A stretch of DNA of 40,000 nt, from the sequence record MH552500.1; one strand, written 5' to 3'. This stretch comes from a crAssphage sp. isolate ctcc615. Shown here one piece after another: positions 18,321 to 28,370 of this stretch. The notes beneath the pieces are model-generated. The model did no database searches. It was not told the DNA's origin and saw only the letters and a list, made by a program, of their open reading frames with translations. The number at the start of each line of letters is the position of its first letter. Position 1 is the first letter of the stretch. A program made the position numbers and the translations under genes.

Positions 18321-19461
18321 AAGTTATGGTTTCATTTATAAATTGATTAATTTCTTCTTTTGTATATTTATTCCATAACTCAGCAAAATCTTTACAACCA
18401 TAATCAGGAAGTCCAAATTCACCACGAGTTATAAATATATATGGTATATTATATGTACTATATAAATATTTAGCACCATGTCTACCGGTATAATCAAAAT
18501 CTAAAAGACTTATAATTTTACCTCCAATAGCTAATTTATTTACAATCCATGTATATTCTTTTTCATTAAGACGATAATTTTCACTAGGTAAGTTTATAAT
18601 TCCTATATTTAATTTACGACCTCCCCTGTAGAAAGGTGTGGAATCTATACAACTACCTATACTTAATCTATCTTTACTACTTTTTGTTATAAGTATATAA
18701 TCATAATTATTAAGTTCTAAATTTATAAGTCCTTCAAGAACATTACAATTAGTTATAAACTTTAATTCAACATCTCTTTTACGTTTTGGAAAATATAATT
18801 TAATAAACTGTATTCCTATTCTATTTTGACCTAACATATAAGCATAACACGGATCTGTATGTTTATAATAATATTTAGGTTCTGTATTAACACCCCTATC
18901 TATATAATATTGTTCAACAGGGATAACAAAATGGGTATTAAGATAATTTAATGATATTCCAAGATTATTCCAATATTCTTTATCTTGCTTATTCCAACTA
19001 CGAGGAACAATTTCTATTATAGGTCTACGTTGTTTACCTATAGAAATAGCGTCTTTTATTTCATTTGTGATATTCTCATCTACTTTTTTATTTTCTATTA
19101 TATCACTAAATGTATTAGCTATATGTTTAAGAATAAAATAAAAATCTTGTTTATTATTAGGTTCTATTTTTCTTTTACATACAAGAGATAAAACGTAAGC
19201 TACAACATCATAAACATCTCCGAAAAACCCAAAACCTCCAAAATCTCTAATTTTAAGTCTTCTTTTATTGTTATATTTTATACCCATACTTTTATTAGTA
19301 TCATTATCTCTAAATACAGAAGTAATTAAAGTATTGTTTTCTATACAATCTTTTATTACACTCAAAGGTATATCGAGATACTTACTAACAATAAGTTCTT
19401 GAGATATTTTACTTTCTATATAACTTTTAGTAAGACGTGTAGTATTTACATTACGAATCAT
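18250..19461 (-). CDS. DnaG-type primase-like protein (TOPRIM)
   Basis: IVSKYLDIPLSVIKDC..., IRDFGGFGFFGDVYDVVAYV, C-terminal KIISLLDFDYTGRHGAKYL...YGCKDFAELW. Confidence 0.8.
   Translation of the reverse strand: MIRNVNTTRLTKSYIESKISQELIVSKYLDIPLSVIKDCIENNTLITSVFRDNDTNKSMGIKYNNKRRLKIRDFGGFGFFGDVYDVVAYVLSLVCKRKIEPNNKQDFYFILKHIANTFSDIIENKKVDENITNEIKDAISIGKQRRPIIEIVPRSWNKQDKEYWNNLGISLNYLNTHFVIPVEQYYIDRGVNTEPKYYYKHTDPCYAYMLGQNRIGIQFIKLYFPKRKRDVELKFITNCNVLEGLINLELNNYDYILITKSSKDRLSIGSCIDSTPFYRGGRKLNIGIINLPSENYRLNEKEYTWIVNKLAIGGKIISLLDFDYTGRHGAKYLYSTYNIPYIFITRGEFGLPDYGCKDFAELWNKYTKEEINQFINETITYVELRFNNERDSSSDYTTLPYFE
18618..18635 (+). repeat. Dispersed motif copy 5: GACCTCCCCTGTAGAAAG
   Basis: Inside primase CDS, one change from consensus. 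Confidence 0.8.
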
Positions 19462-19473
19462 TCTCTTACATAC

Positions 19474-19512
19474 AAAAAAAAAGGTGTAATACTAAAAATA
19501 GCATTACACCTT
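19474..19512 (-). terminator. Rho-independent terminator-like hairpin after the SSB-like gene
   Basis: Minus strand: AAGGTGTAAT-GCTATTTTTAGT-ATTACACCTT followed by a T run. Confidence 0.8.
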
Positions 19513-19541
19513 CTATTTATACAAACATAGTTACAAAATGA

Positions 19542-20474
19542 TTAAAACGGCATGTCGCTGGCAGCATCAGCAAAAGCAGAATTAGCAGGAGCACCCATAT
19601 CCATAGGATTACCAGCCATAACACCACCCATAGGCATACCAGAACCTACACCTCCTAGTGACGGAGCTTTCTTAGTTTCCTTAGGAGTAATAGACTCTTT
19701 TGCAAGATCTACACGAAGAACAGCAGGAGGCATATCCTTACGAATAAGTTCTACTACTCCATTTCCTATAAAGCTATCAAAGCCAAGTTCTCCATTCTGA
19801 GCAACATTCTTCCATTCTCCTTTAACTTTCTTATGACGAAGAAGTTTAAGCCAAGCAGGAATAAACTTACCGTCACTAGTCTTATAAACAGGCTTAGCAG
19901 TTTCTCCATCTGCAAGATTAACATTTCCATTCATCATATTTACAAAATTAGTAAATATGAAAGCATAGCCTTTAATAACATCAGAAGTTTCTACACTTAC
20001 ATAGTTTCCTTCTTCATCAAAATCTTCAAAAGGAAGAGCAAGAGCAATTTCTTCTTCTTCTGTCATTTCACGACCTTTAAGATAATACACATCAAGCATG
20101 TGCTTCATCCACTGGAATACGTTATTTACTCGCCATTCTTCTACACCACCAGGTATTGTATTTACATTAGATTCAACACAATTGAGAGTGTAATATACAT
20201 GACGCTGTTCAGAAGCATTTTTATGTTCGCTAGTAAAATGCAGAGTTAAACGCGGAACATTTTCTCCTGTAAACTGTTTACCTTCTGCATTAACAGACCA
20301 ATCTACTTTAACTTCTGCAAGATGGCCTATAAACAACATATTCTGAGGAGAAGCATCTTTTTCATGAAATTTAAGCTGAGCAACAGCTTTAGTTTCATTA
20401 CTTACTCCACGACGATTACGCTTTGCAGTAGGCTGTGCACTTCCTTTTGCAACATTTTCTTTGTCAGCTGACAT
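19542..20474 (-). CDS. Single-stranded-DNA-binding-like protein
   Basis: Acidic/hydrophobic C-terminal tip ...ASDMPF, preceded by a G/M/P-rich linker, like bacterial SSB DDDIPF tips; located in the replication block. Confidence 0.55.
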   Translation of the reverse strand: MSADKENVAKGSAQPTAKRNRRGVSNETKAVAQLKFHEKDASPQNMLFIGHLAEVKVDWSVNAEGKQFTGENVPRLTLHFTSEHKNASEQRHVYYTLNCVESNVNTIPGGVEEWRVNNVFQWMKHMLDVYYLKGREMTEEEEIALALPFEDFDEEGNYVSVETSDVIKGYAFIFTNFVNMMNGNVNLADGETAKPVYKTSDGKFIPAWLKLLRHKKVKGEWKNVAQNGELGFDSFIGNGVVELIRKDMPPAVLRVDLAKESITPKETKKAPSLGGVGSGMPMGGVMAGNPMDMGAPANSAFADAASDMPF

Positions 20475-20589
20475 AATAATTAAATTTTAATAGGTATTTG
20501 TGTTTATAAAAATATGATGACGGATAGCCGATTTAGACCATCCGTCATCACGACGTTTAATTACTTTAGGTTTATGTTTGGACAAACAA

Positions 20590-21384
20590 TTAAGCTTCCT
20601 TCTTTACACGAGTAATAGGATCAACATCTTCCTTAAAGGAGATAGGAAGAATTGTAATCTCTACATTCTCTTTACCATTGTTAAATTCTGCCTTCTGAGC
20701 ATCATCAAGAACAACATTATAAATACGATTCTTCTTCGAAGCATCATCACCAAGATCCTTCTTAAGAGCAGCCCAAATTGCAGTATCTGTAAAGATAAGC
20801 TGACAACCAACACCGGTAGTAGAAGCAGTAGTAGCAGTCTTAGAACCACTAGCAGCATGATACTTGGGAGATTCTACCATATCTACTGTAAGCTGCTGTG
20901 CAAGCTCTTCATCAGACATTTCACCAAACTGCTCAACAAGAGCATCACGATTAGCTTCTACAAGCTCCATAGCATGTTCAGCAAGGTACTTTGCCTTATC
21001 TTCTTTAGTATAACGTTCGCTAGCCATAATAGGCTCACCCTTTGAAGTGTACTGAAGAACACCCTTAGCAATATACCACTGAGTAAGATGATCAACAAGT
21101 GCATCCTCACCAGCCTTTGTGTCAATATCTACACCAAGCTCAGTAGCAAGAGCACGAACATCTTCACCCTTAGCCTGAACAGCAGCCTCAACAGCAGCAA
21201 TGTTATTAAGGAACATTACATTCTCACCTACAGCAATATTCAGAGCCTTAGATACAGGTGAAGTTATAACAAACTTACCAATAGTAGAATTAGCAATAAG
21301 CTGAGGTTCTGCGTTGATAGTAGAAGATTTCTGACCTGCCTGAACTGCCTGAACACCAAAAGTAAGCTTACCAAAAGTTTTCAT
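20590..21384 (-). CDS. Hypothetical replication-block protein
   Basis: 264-aa ORF MKTFGKLTFGVQAVQAG... Confidence 0.6.
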   Translation of the reverse strand: MKTFGKLTFGVQAVQAGQKSSTINAEPQLIANSTIGKFVITSPVSKALNIAVGENVMFLNNIAAVEAAVQAKGEDVRALATELGVDIDTKAGEDALVDHLTQWYIAKGVLQYTSKGEPIMASERYTKEDKAKYLAEHAMELVEANRDALVEQFGEMSDEELAQQLTVDMVESPKYHAASGSKTATTASTTGVGCQLIFTDTAIWAALKKDLGDDASKKNRIYNVVLDDAQKAEFNNGKENVEITILPISFKEDVDPITRVKKEA

Positions 21385-21515
21385 AATAATGAATTTTTAA
21401 TTGTTAATAAAAGTGTTTGTTTATAGCTATTATTACTATTTTGTTTTTAATCTGTTTTTAATTCATTTTCTTTACTATCAAAGAGGTGAATTACTTCTCT
21501 TTGATAAATTTAAGG

Positions 21516-22424
21516 TTAGTCTGATACTTCAACAAATTCTACATCTCTGATAGGAACATTTTCAACAATCTTAAGTTCTGTTGTTTCCATACAGCCCATT
21601 AGAACATCATTTGCTATATCTCTAGCACCGAGAATAAAAGCTCTATGTCCTATCATAATACGAGCATATTTTTTATATGTATCTTTTGTAAAAAGTTCAG
21701 CAGATTGAGCTTCAGAATAAGAATAATGACTAATAGCTGTTATAATTCTTTCTACACCATTTATAATCTTATATCGTGTAAACTCATATTCTGTAACATA
21801 ATCAATAGGTTGTGCAGGAATACGAATAATAGGAAATTTACCTTCTGCTGCAAGTTTAAGTGCATGAGCTTTATTTATAGCTTTAACACATTTTTCACTA
21901 ATTTGAAATTCATTATAAACATTTCCTTTCAAATCAGTAAACCATTGAACAGGATAAACTCCTATAATATCATCTTTTGTAGTATCAACTGCTTCGTTAG
22001 CGGTACGACATTTAACACAATAATCTGGAAGTTGTGTTTCAAGATAAATCGTATTACCGTCAGTATATTGATACTGAGGAGTATAATCTTTAGTGCATTT
22101 CCAAACTACTCCTGCCCTCGATAATAACGATTTAATGATGTGAACATCAACACCGGTCTTACCATTTATTACATGGATATGTTCTATACAAGTTGTAAAA
22201 GGAAGTTGCAAATCTTGAGCACGAGCTAAAATAGATAAACCATCAGCTATGCTTTTAATACCTCCTTTTTCGCTTGACATAAACTTCTTTAGAAATAGTT
22301 CAGCAGATGCTAATTGTTTTTCATCAAGAAGATTTATAAAACCTAGACCTGTATTTGGCTCATTATGTCTTGTAGTCAATGCACGACCACTACCACCATC
22401 ATTAGGTTCTGTTTGTTTGTCCAT
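21516..22424 (-). CDS. RecT-like single-strand annealing protein (candidate)
   Basis: GIKSIADGLSILARAQDLQLPFTTCIEHIHVINGKTGVDVHIIKSLLSRAGV resembles the RecT core pattern. Confidence 0.6.
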   Translation of the reverse strand: MDKQTEPNDGGSGRALTTRHNEPNTGLGFINLLDEKQLASAELFLKKFMSSEKGGIKSIADGLSILARAQDLQLPFTTCIEHIHVINGKTGVDVHIIKSLLSRAGVVWKCTKDYTPQYQYTDGNTIYLETQLPDYCVKCRTANEAVDTTKDDIIGVYPVQWFTDLKGNVYNEFQISEKCVKAINKAHALKLAAEGKFPIIRIPAQPIDYVTEYEFTRYKIINGVERIITAISHYSYSEAQSAELFTKDTYKKYARIMIGHRAFILGARDIANDVLMGCMETTELKIVENVPIRDVEFVEVSD

Positions 22425-22473
22425 TATTTCAAGGTGCTATGTTTGTTTACAATACAAATGTACAACAATTCTT

Positions 22474-23889
22474 TTAATCTACAACAATAAAATCAGAATA
22501 AATATCATTAGCATTTGAATTTTTAACATTATGATTGTCTTTTATTTCTTTTCTCTCTATCATTTTTTGTTCGACCGTGTTCTTACAATACAATGAATAC
22601 AAAGAAATGCTCTGTGATCTAAAATATATTTTAGATAACCGATACATATAAGATTTAATATCTTCGCACATTGGAGAAGTTATTATCATAATATCAACAT
22701 CTATAGCTAAATCTTTGTCTGGAGCATTGTTTGTAGAAAGAACATGTATCATATTTTGATTAAATCTTTCTACATTCAATGTTTTTTGTGCTTTTGCTCC
22801 CATCATCTTACGTTCACCTTTCTTGCTACCACTTTTATAAAATACAGGAGTACCTTCTAAAGTTATAGCAGGAATGTTTTCAACCTTATCATGATAGTTA
22901 CCGCAAATATCTTTATCTGATAAATTATTTAAATAATCAGTAACAATACTTGCAAAATCAGCACGTTTATTAATTATAAGAATTTTCTTATCTCTGTTTT
23001 CACGAACAATATCTAATATTGCATCTAATTTTCCTTCAAAATCAGATAAAAGTTTACTTCTTTCTCTAATAACTTCGTATGTTTTTGAAGCTCTATCTTT
23101 TAAGTTATTAGGATTGTAAAGTCTATCTATTTCAAGGTTAAATCCGATACTCATATCTAAATGTTCATTCCAACCATTTTCTTGTGCAATTTGGTAACAA
23201 ATCTGAGTAGCAGAAATATTTAGTTGTTGATTTCCTACATTAGCTTGTTGCATAATATTAAAACTTCCAAATATATTAAGACTTGTAGATATATACTCAT
23301 CATAATATTTTAGAAGTTCTACAGCATTACTATTTGCAGGTATATCTACTCCTATTTGTATCTCTTCTACGGGGGTGGTCATCCGGATAGCTTCAACTTC
23401 TGCTTGTTCGAAATCAGAGAGAAGAGGAGCTATTTTATAAATATCTAATAAAGCTAGAAAATCATTGGTAATCTTAGTTAAAACGATAAGTTTAAACTTA
23501 CAATTACGTACATAATCTAGCATTTCCTGACAAACACTATCAGGTTTATACCAAATACACAATAAAGGGTAACTTAAAGTTTTATTACTAATTATATATT
23601 TATCAGTAAAAACTTTAAGATTACCAGATTTAATTAAATTCTTAAATTCTTCATTATTTTCTTCTGAATCTTTTTGTTGTGTTATATACTCAGTTATAGT
23701 TTGTCTTTCACTAAAAGAATTAGTAACTATAGCAACATTAGCTGTAGGAGATCTAGCGTATATACGCTGAAGTACTCCCAAAACCATAAGTTTTTCATTT
23801 AGAGGGTGAGGTATAATAGCAGTGCCAATACCTTTGTTATTCCTCCAATTGTCTATGGCTTTTTCAAATAGTTCACCAGCAGTTATCAT
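22474..23889 (-). CDS. SNF2/SF2-like helicase-related protein (degenerate Walker region)
   Basis: Helicase C-like organisation: DKKILIINKRADFASIVTDYL..., VERFNQNMIHVLSTNNAPDKDLAIDVDIMIITSPM, YRLSKIYFRSQ...VEQKMIERK. Confidence 0.6.
   Translation of the reverse strand: MITAGELFEKAIDNWRNNKGIGTAIIPHPLNEKLMVLGVLQRIYARSPTANVAIVTNSFSERQTITEYITQQKDSEENNEEFKNLIKSGNLKVFTDKYIISNKTLSYPLLCIWYKPDSVCQEMLDYVRNCKFKLIVLTKITNDFLALLDIYKIAPLLSDFEQAEVEAIRMTTPVEEIQIGVDIPANSNAVELLKYYDEYISTSLNIFGSFNIMQQANVGNQQLNISATQICYQIAQENGWNEHLDMSIGFNLEIDRLYNPNNLKDRASKTYEVIRERSKLLSDFEGKLDAILDIVRENRDKKILIINKRADFASIVTDYLNNLSDKDICGNYHDKVENIPAITLEGTPVFYKSGSKKGERKMMGAKAQKTLNVERFNQNMIHVLSTNNAPDKDLAIDVDIMIITSPMCEDIKSYMYRLSKIYFRSQSISLYSLYCKNTVEQKMIERKEIKDNHNVKNSNANDIYSDFIVVD
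23364..23380 (-). repeat. Dispersed motif copy 6: GACCACCCCCGTAGAAG
   Basis: Inside the SNF2-like CDS. Confidence 0.85.
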
Positions 23890-23901
23890 TCATTAATATA
23901 A

Positions 23902-26217
23902 TTAAATATCACTATCATCAAAAAGAGTTTGATATTGATGAGAATTTTTCTTTATAAGACTCTTTCCACTAGGTATCTTTTTAATACTATCTCCTTTCTT
24001 TGTGGGAGAAATACCTAACATAATAGGGTCTATTATTTTATAACATTCCTTATAATAATATCCATAATTTATATTTCTTTCTTCTATAGGTTTGTCATCA
24101 AGAGAATTTAATATAACAACAGAATTACCTCCAGCTAGTTTGCTTTTAGCATTTGTTGTTTTATGTTCTTTTTGTATAACTACTCCTTTTGTAGAAACAT
24201 AAAATCTTACATGACGTTGACTATGAATATGTTTTATTTTTCCATTTTCTACAACATCATATACTACTTCAAATTGTCTTCCTACATTTTGAGTTTTACA
24301 AAAATCAAGAATATCTTTATGTTTTCTAAGTGTTTCCATAACAGGAACATTATGAACAAAGAAATTAAAGACAGCAATAGCAACAACAGGCATGTCGTAA
24401 CCTTTTTTCAATTCTTTAAGATATTGTTTTGGATCAAGAGCACCTTTATATTCTACAGTACCATCTGTTTGAATATCAAAGTAATTATTTACATCTCTTG
24501 AAACAATCATATCGTATTGTTCATAATCAGCACCCATTTTATTAGTTTCATTCCAACAATCAGTTATGTTTTTATAAACATCGAATTTATCACGAGGAAG
24601 TTTAATAACTATACCATCAGTATTGGCACTAATAACATGAATACCATTTAGTTCAAGTTCTTCTATTAGAGTCATTGTCATCAACTGTCCGTTTATTGTT
24701 ACTTGCATCTGCGCAAAGCGGTCATACAAGAAAAATAACTCCGAACCCAGTTTCCCATATATTGAGTTGATAACAATCTTCAACGCTTCTGCACCTATTT
24801 TATTAGGTACACCTTCCATTACATAACCATCTTCATCTTTAGTATGTTTACATTTAACTCGCGTTTGTTTAAGGTAATCAACCATTTTTACAAAAACAGC
24901 CTTATTTAGATGTTTAGGGGCTATATTATAACTAATCATTATACTAGGATAATAACTAGTATAATCATGGTGAAGATAAACAAATTTATCATCAGACTTA
25001 CACACACGAGGACGATCTTGACTATGAATACCACCTGTAGCTAATGTGTAAGTAGTACCATAGAAAGTTATTTCTTTAGAGAAAGCATCTTTATTAGTTC
25101 TAGTAATACAAACGCTCTTCATATCAGAAAGCATCCGTTGAAGTTCTGGAGTTTTAAACTTAATATGAGGAAATATAATTTTCTTAAAACTAAGTTTAGT
25201 TCTTTCTGTTCTTTCTTTTATAAATTGTTTAGGCGTCAATCCACTCATATTAGCATAAAACTTTACCATAAGTTTATCTGCTATATTAGCTCTAGCACTA
25301 CAAAGAACATTTATACCAAATGCTTGAGAAAGACTATATCTAAGTTTAACTTCATCTGGTTTTTGACGAACCATTTCACAACAAAGAAATACATCATTTT
25401 TGTTATAATAGAGCATAGGTTCTACACATGAAGGAAGAACATATCTGTCAAAATCGTTTGTTATAAGTTTATTAAGTTCGTCTAAAGTTAAACCTCTATA
25501 ATTATCTTTTTTGCTCCAATAAATATTATATTCTTCTTCATCTATAGGAGGCAAAGTAAAATCAAGAAGTTCATGCCATTTAAGATTAATAGATGTTTGT
25601 TTAAGAGATTTACCAAATTTATCTCTTACTCCTGTTTCACTATTAGTTACAACAGTTGCAGCATGTAGACCATATACTTGTTGTAAATCTACAGTACCAT
25701 AAGGAAGTCTATAATTTCTAATTAGTTCTAATTCTTTATCATTCCAAAAAGCATCTTTATCAGATTGAAGTTTAATTATCTTTTTACTTATATTATAAAG
25801 ATATTCAATAAGATATTTTGTATTATCAAATCTATTAAAGTGCATCAGAAAGGCTTTAATCATCAAATCATCATATCCTTGATTATTAAAACCATATAAA
25901 TCAGTTCTAACAGGAATTTGTGTTACATTTCCATCTTTTGTTGTAATAGTTTCATAATGAGCTTGCATAGAATTTAAATATCCTACAAGTTCTACAAGCT
26001 GATTATCATTTGTATCTGAAATATAAAATATATCAGATTTAACTTTGTCAAGTCTTTGTTTAATTTCTGAAACAGTAAGACATTCTGTTAAAGCTTTTGG
26101 TTTTCCTTTAACATCTACACAATCTTTAAATGTATTAAGATAATCTTTCAAATCTACAAAAGTTATACTAAATAGATTAGGAAAGATTTCTACATCCATA
26201 GCTTTAGAAATAATCAT
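23902..26217 (-). CDS. Family B DNA polymerase
   Basis: Exo I MDVEIF, exo II YGFNNQGYDD; pol motifs HDYTSYYPSIM, KIVINSIYGKLG, ISANTDGIVIKL. Confidence 0.93.
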   Translation of the reverse strand: MIISKAMDVEIFPNLFSITFVDLKDYLNTFKDCVDVKGKPKALTECLTVSEIKQRLDKVKSDIFYISDTNDNQLVELVGYLNSMQAHYETITTKDGNVTQIPVRTDLYGFNNQGYDDLMIKAFLMHFNRFDNTKYLIEYLYNISKKIIKLQSDKDAFWNDKELELIRNYRLPYGTVDLQQVYGLHAATVVTNSETGVRDKFGKSLKQTSINLKWHELLDFTLPPIDEEEYNIYWSKKDNYRGLTLDELNKLITNDFDRYVLPSCVEPMLYYNKNDVFLCCEMVRQKPDEVKLRYSLSQAFGINVLCSARANIADKLMVKFYANMSGLTPKQFIKERTERTKLSFKKIIFPHIKFKTPELQRMLSDMKSVCITRTNKDAFSKEITFYGTTYTLATGGIHSQDRPRVCKSDDKFVYLHHDYTSYYPSIMISYNIAPKHLNKAVFVKMVDYLKQTRVKCKHTKDEDGYVMEGVPNKIGAEALKIVINSIYGKLGSELFFLYDRFAQMQVTINGQLMTMTLIEELELNGIHVISANTDGIVIKLPRDKFDVYKNITDCWNETNKMGADYEQYDMIVSRDVNNYFDIQTDGTVEYKGALDPKQYLKELKKGYDMPVVAIAVFNFFVHNVPVMETLRKHKDILDFCKTQNVGRQFEVVYDVVENGKIKHIHSQRHVRFYVSTKGVVIQKEHKTTNAKSKLAGGNSVVILNSLDDKPIEERNINYGYYYKECYKIIDPIMLGISPTKKGDSIKKIPSGKSLIKKNSHQYQTLFDDSDI

Positions 26218-26220
26218 AGT

Positions 26221-26331
26221 CTATTCATCATCAGTTATATCTTCAAATTCGACATCTTCTATGTTATCTCGTATAGGTTTAAGGGGTTCTTGTATTATTA
26301 TAGGTCTTCCATTAATTATTATTGTTTTCAT
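26221..26331 (-). CDS. 36-codon ORF ending in TAG, in frame with the DNA polymerase ORF
   Basis: MKTIIINGRPIIIQEPLKPIRDNIEDVEFEDITDDE[TAG]T then MIISKAMDVE...; no frame change between them. Confidence 0.5.
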   Translation of the reverse strand: MKTIIINGRPIIIQEPLKPIRDNIEDVEFEDITDDE

Positions 26332-26341
26332 ACAAATAATA

Positions 26342-26893
26342 TTAATTTAAAGTTAATAACGTATTATAATTATTATATTGTGTTTTACAATAACTATACC
26401 ATTTAAGAAGGTATGTTTTAAACACTTCAAATTTCTCTTCATTAACATATTTTATAAGTGGAGAATAATTTACATTATAAAATCTATTATTAGGAGAAAT
26501 CATAAGTGTTTCAAGATTACTTGTTATATCACAATTTAAAAAATATCTAGCAGCATCTCCAAGAAGTAATATGTTTCTGTAATTATATTTTCTCACATCT
26601 GAGGCGAAAAAAGTCAAGCACTTATTAACTATATCATTTGTTACCTCGCAGCCAACAGAGAGGCTGCAACGTATCAACGGAGCGATATATAGATTATCGA
26701 CCTCCCCCGTAGAAGATAGCACCGACCTAATTACATCTACTTGACTACTAAAATCCATATTACCTTTTTTATAAGCATTATAATCTACATTAGGTACAAC
26801 AATACAATTACCAAAATAAGGATTGCCTACCCCATGTAGATTATAATGTTTATTGTTGAAAAGACGCATTGCACAATCTTGACAAACGTCCAT
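26342..26893 (-). CDS. Uracil-DNA glycosylase superfamily protein
   Basis: GVGNPYFGNCIVVPN...YIAPLIRCSLSVGCEVTNDIVNKC...NYRNILLLGDAARYFL. Confidence 0.7.
   Translation of the reverse strand: MDVCQDCAMRLFNNKHYNLHGVGNPYFGNCIVVPNVDYNAYKKGNMDFSSQVDVIRSVLSSTGEVDNLYIAPLIRCSLSVGCEVTNDIVNKCLTFFASDVRKYNYRNILLLGDAARYFLNCDITSNLETLMISPNNRFYNVNYSPLIKYVNEEKFEVFKTYLLKWYSYCKTQYNNYNTLLTLN
26699..26715 (+). repeat. Dispersed motif copy 7: GACCTCCCCCGTAGAAG
   Basis: Inside UDG-like CDS. Confidence 0.85.
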
Positions 26894-27165
26894 TAAAATT
26901 TAAGTTCTTCTACTTTCATACGTTTAAGTATTCCTTTATAACCTCTACTACGAAGTTCTTCTTGTAATTCTCTATCTGTGAAATTTTTAAATTTTTCACT
27001 TATACCATTATTTGTACGTTCACAACTCATACAAATAGTTCTATAACCACCTCCTCTTTTATGAAAACTAGTTATAGGAAGTTCTTTACCACAACATTTA
27101 CATGTTTTTTTTTGTTTTATTGTTTCAGGTTGTGCAAGAACTATATTATGTAAATCATTTTCCAT
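26893..27165 (-). CDS. Zinc-ribbon protein with SAP-like tail
   Basis: CKCCGKELPITSFHKRGGGYRTICMSCERT and TDRELQEELRSRGYKGILKRMKVEEL. Confidence 0.65.
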   Translation of the reverse strand: MENDLHNIVLAQPETIKQKKTCKCCGKELPITSFHKRGGGYRTICMSCERTNNGISEKFKNFTDRELQEELRSRGYKGILKRMKVEELKF

Positions 27166-27310
27166 ATTTTAAATATAATTTATTTTTACATCTACTACAA
27201 GCTACATATAGTCTTCTATTTATTTCTTCTGCATCAGTATAAGGATTACCATATTTATCATATACTATATCGTTAACGTCTACAAAAGAAGTATCAAATG
27301 TTGAACCTTG
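27155..27310 (-). CDS. SF1 (Dda/RecD-like) helicase, exon 2
   Basis: Translates QGSTFDTSFVDVNDIVYDKYGNPYTDAEEINRRLYVACSRCKNKLYLKYGK*: continuation of motif TxHKS-QG and the YVAxSR motif missing from exon 1. Confidence 0.93.
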   Translation of the reverse strand, partial: QGSTFDTSFVDVNDIVYDKYGNPYTDAEEINRRLYVACSRCKNKLYLKYGK

Positions 27311-28370
27311 CATAATCTATATATTTTCATATATAGCCTGACTATATCTTATACTATTCTAAAGGATAGTCTTTAGCATAATTCCAAGTAAGCCAATAAT
27401 ATCCGTAACATACTTGAAATTTATGTTTAGCTCCATTTCTCATATTTATATGATTAACTGCTTTTTTAATATTAGACCAAGCGTTATTTTTATTTAAGAA
27501 CTTATTAATTTGATAACCGTAAATAAAACTACCTTTTAATCTTTTATGAGTATTACAATCAATAATATAAATAGGATTATTAAAAGATTTAACCATAGGA
27601 TTATTACTGCCTTTTCTTATTTCAGAAAGATGTTCTGAAAATCCTTTAGGCTTAGATTTTCCTTTAATTTTATTTGATATTTTTATTCCTATTTCTTTAA
27701 TTTCATTTTCACTTTTATATTTATAAGTATTATTTCCTATACCTCCATCAGTTTCATTAAGAAGATTAGGATTTAATTCTTTATATTTTTTAATATAAAA
27801 GTTTTCATAATAATATGGACTTAAACTAAACGGTTTATCAGTATCAATAGAAGCTAATAATTTAATATTTACTTTAAGAGGAAGAATAGATTTAAGATAT
27901 TCAAATCTATTATTTGTTTTTCTTTCTCCTCTTTGTACTTCATTTAGATGCCAATAATGTTGTTTTAATCTATGTTCTATAGAATGAATTGTCATTCCAA
28001 CATAAACAATTTGTCCATCAATAGGACTAACTAAACCATAAACATTGTAAATCATAATTTTTATTTTAATAAATAAATAAATAACTTATAATACAAAGTT
28101 ATGAAAAGTTAGTGAAAATCCAAATAAATTTATGAATAGTATGCTCCCGTTTCGGAATTAATATTTATTATTAAACCTACTCTCTTACGAGATAGTCGAT
28201 GAACTTTACTCATAATATTATAAATATAATATCTTAGAGTCTTAGCTGCTGATTGTCATATAATATTACTTTTTCAAACATTCACACTTACTTTTTCAAG
28301 TTATGTTGTAGTAGTAATATCTTCACGAGTTTCCAGCAATTAGAGAGCTTTTATAAGAGCCAAGTTACTA
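27311..28370 (-). ncRNA. Group I self-splicing intron inside the helicase gene
   Basis: P AATTGCTGGAAACTC (28341-28327), Q CAATCAGCAGCTAAG (28255-28241), R GTTCATCGACTATC (28204-28191), S AAGATATAGTCAG (27350-27338); P1 exon ATAAGAGT pairs GCTCTTAT with U.G at the splice site; P10 CTTG (28364-28361) pairs exon-2 CAAG; intron ends in G. Confidence 0.95.
27354..28055 (-). CDS. GIY-YIG homing endonuclease encoded in the group I intron
   Basis: MIYNVYGLVSPIDGQIVYVGMTIHSIEHRLKQH...ENFYIKKY, C-terminal NUMOD-like repeats; ORF lies between R and S elements (P8 position). Confidence 0.9.
   Translation of the reverse strand: MIYNVYGLVSPIDGQIVYVGMTIHSIEHRLKQHYWHLNEVQRGERKTNNRFEYLKSILPLKVNIKLLASIDTDKPFSLSPYYYENFYIKKYKELNPNLLNETDGGIGNNTYKYKSENEIKEIGIKISNKIKGKSKPKGFSEHLSEIRKGSNNPMVKSFNNPIYIIDCNTHKRLKGSFIYGYQINKFLNKNNAWSNIKKAVNHINMRNGAKHKFQVCYGYYWLTWNYAKDYPLE

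Noticed and set aside
27165-27354. Apparent non-coding gap upstream of the zinc-ribbon gene
   Set aside because: It contains exon 2 of the helicase (27155-27310) and the 3' end of the group I intron, so it is explained.
28368-28370. TAG ending helicase exon 1 as more evidence for TAG recoding
   Set aside because: These bases are the first three nucleotides of the intron, so they are not a codon in the spliced message.
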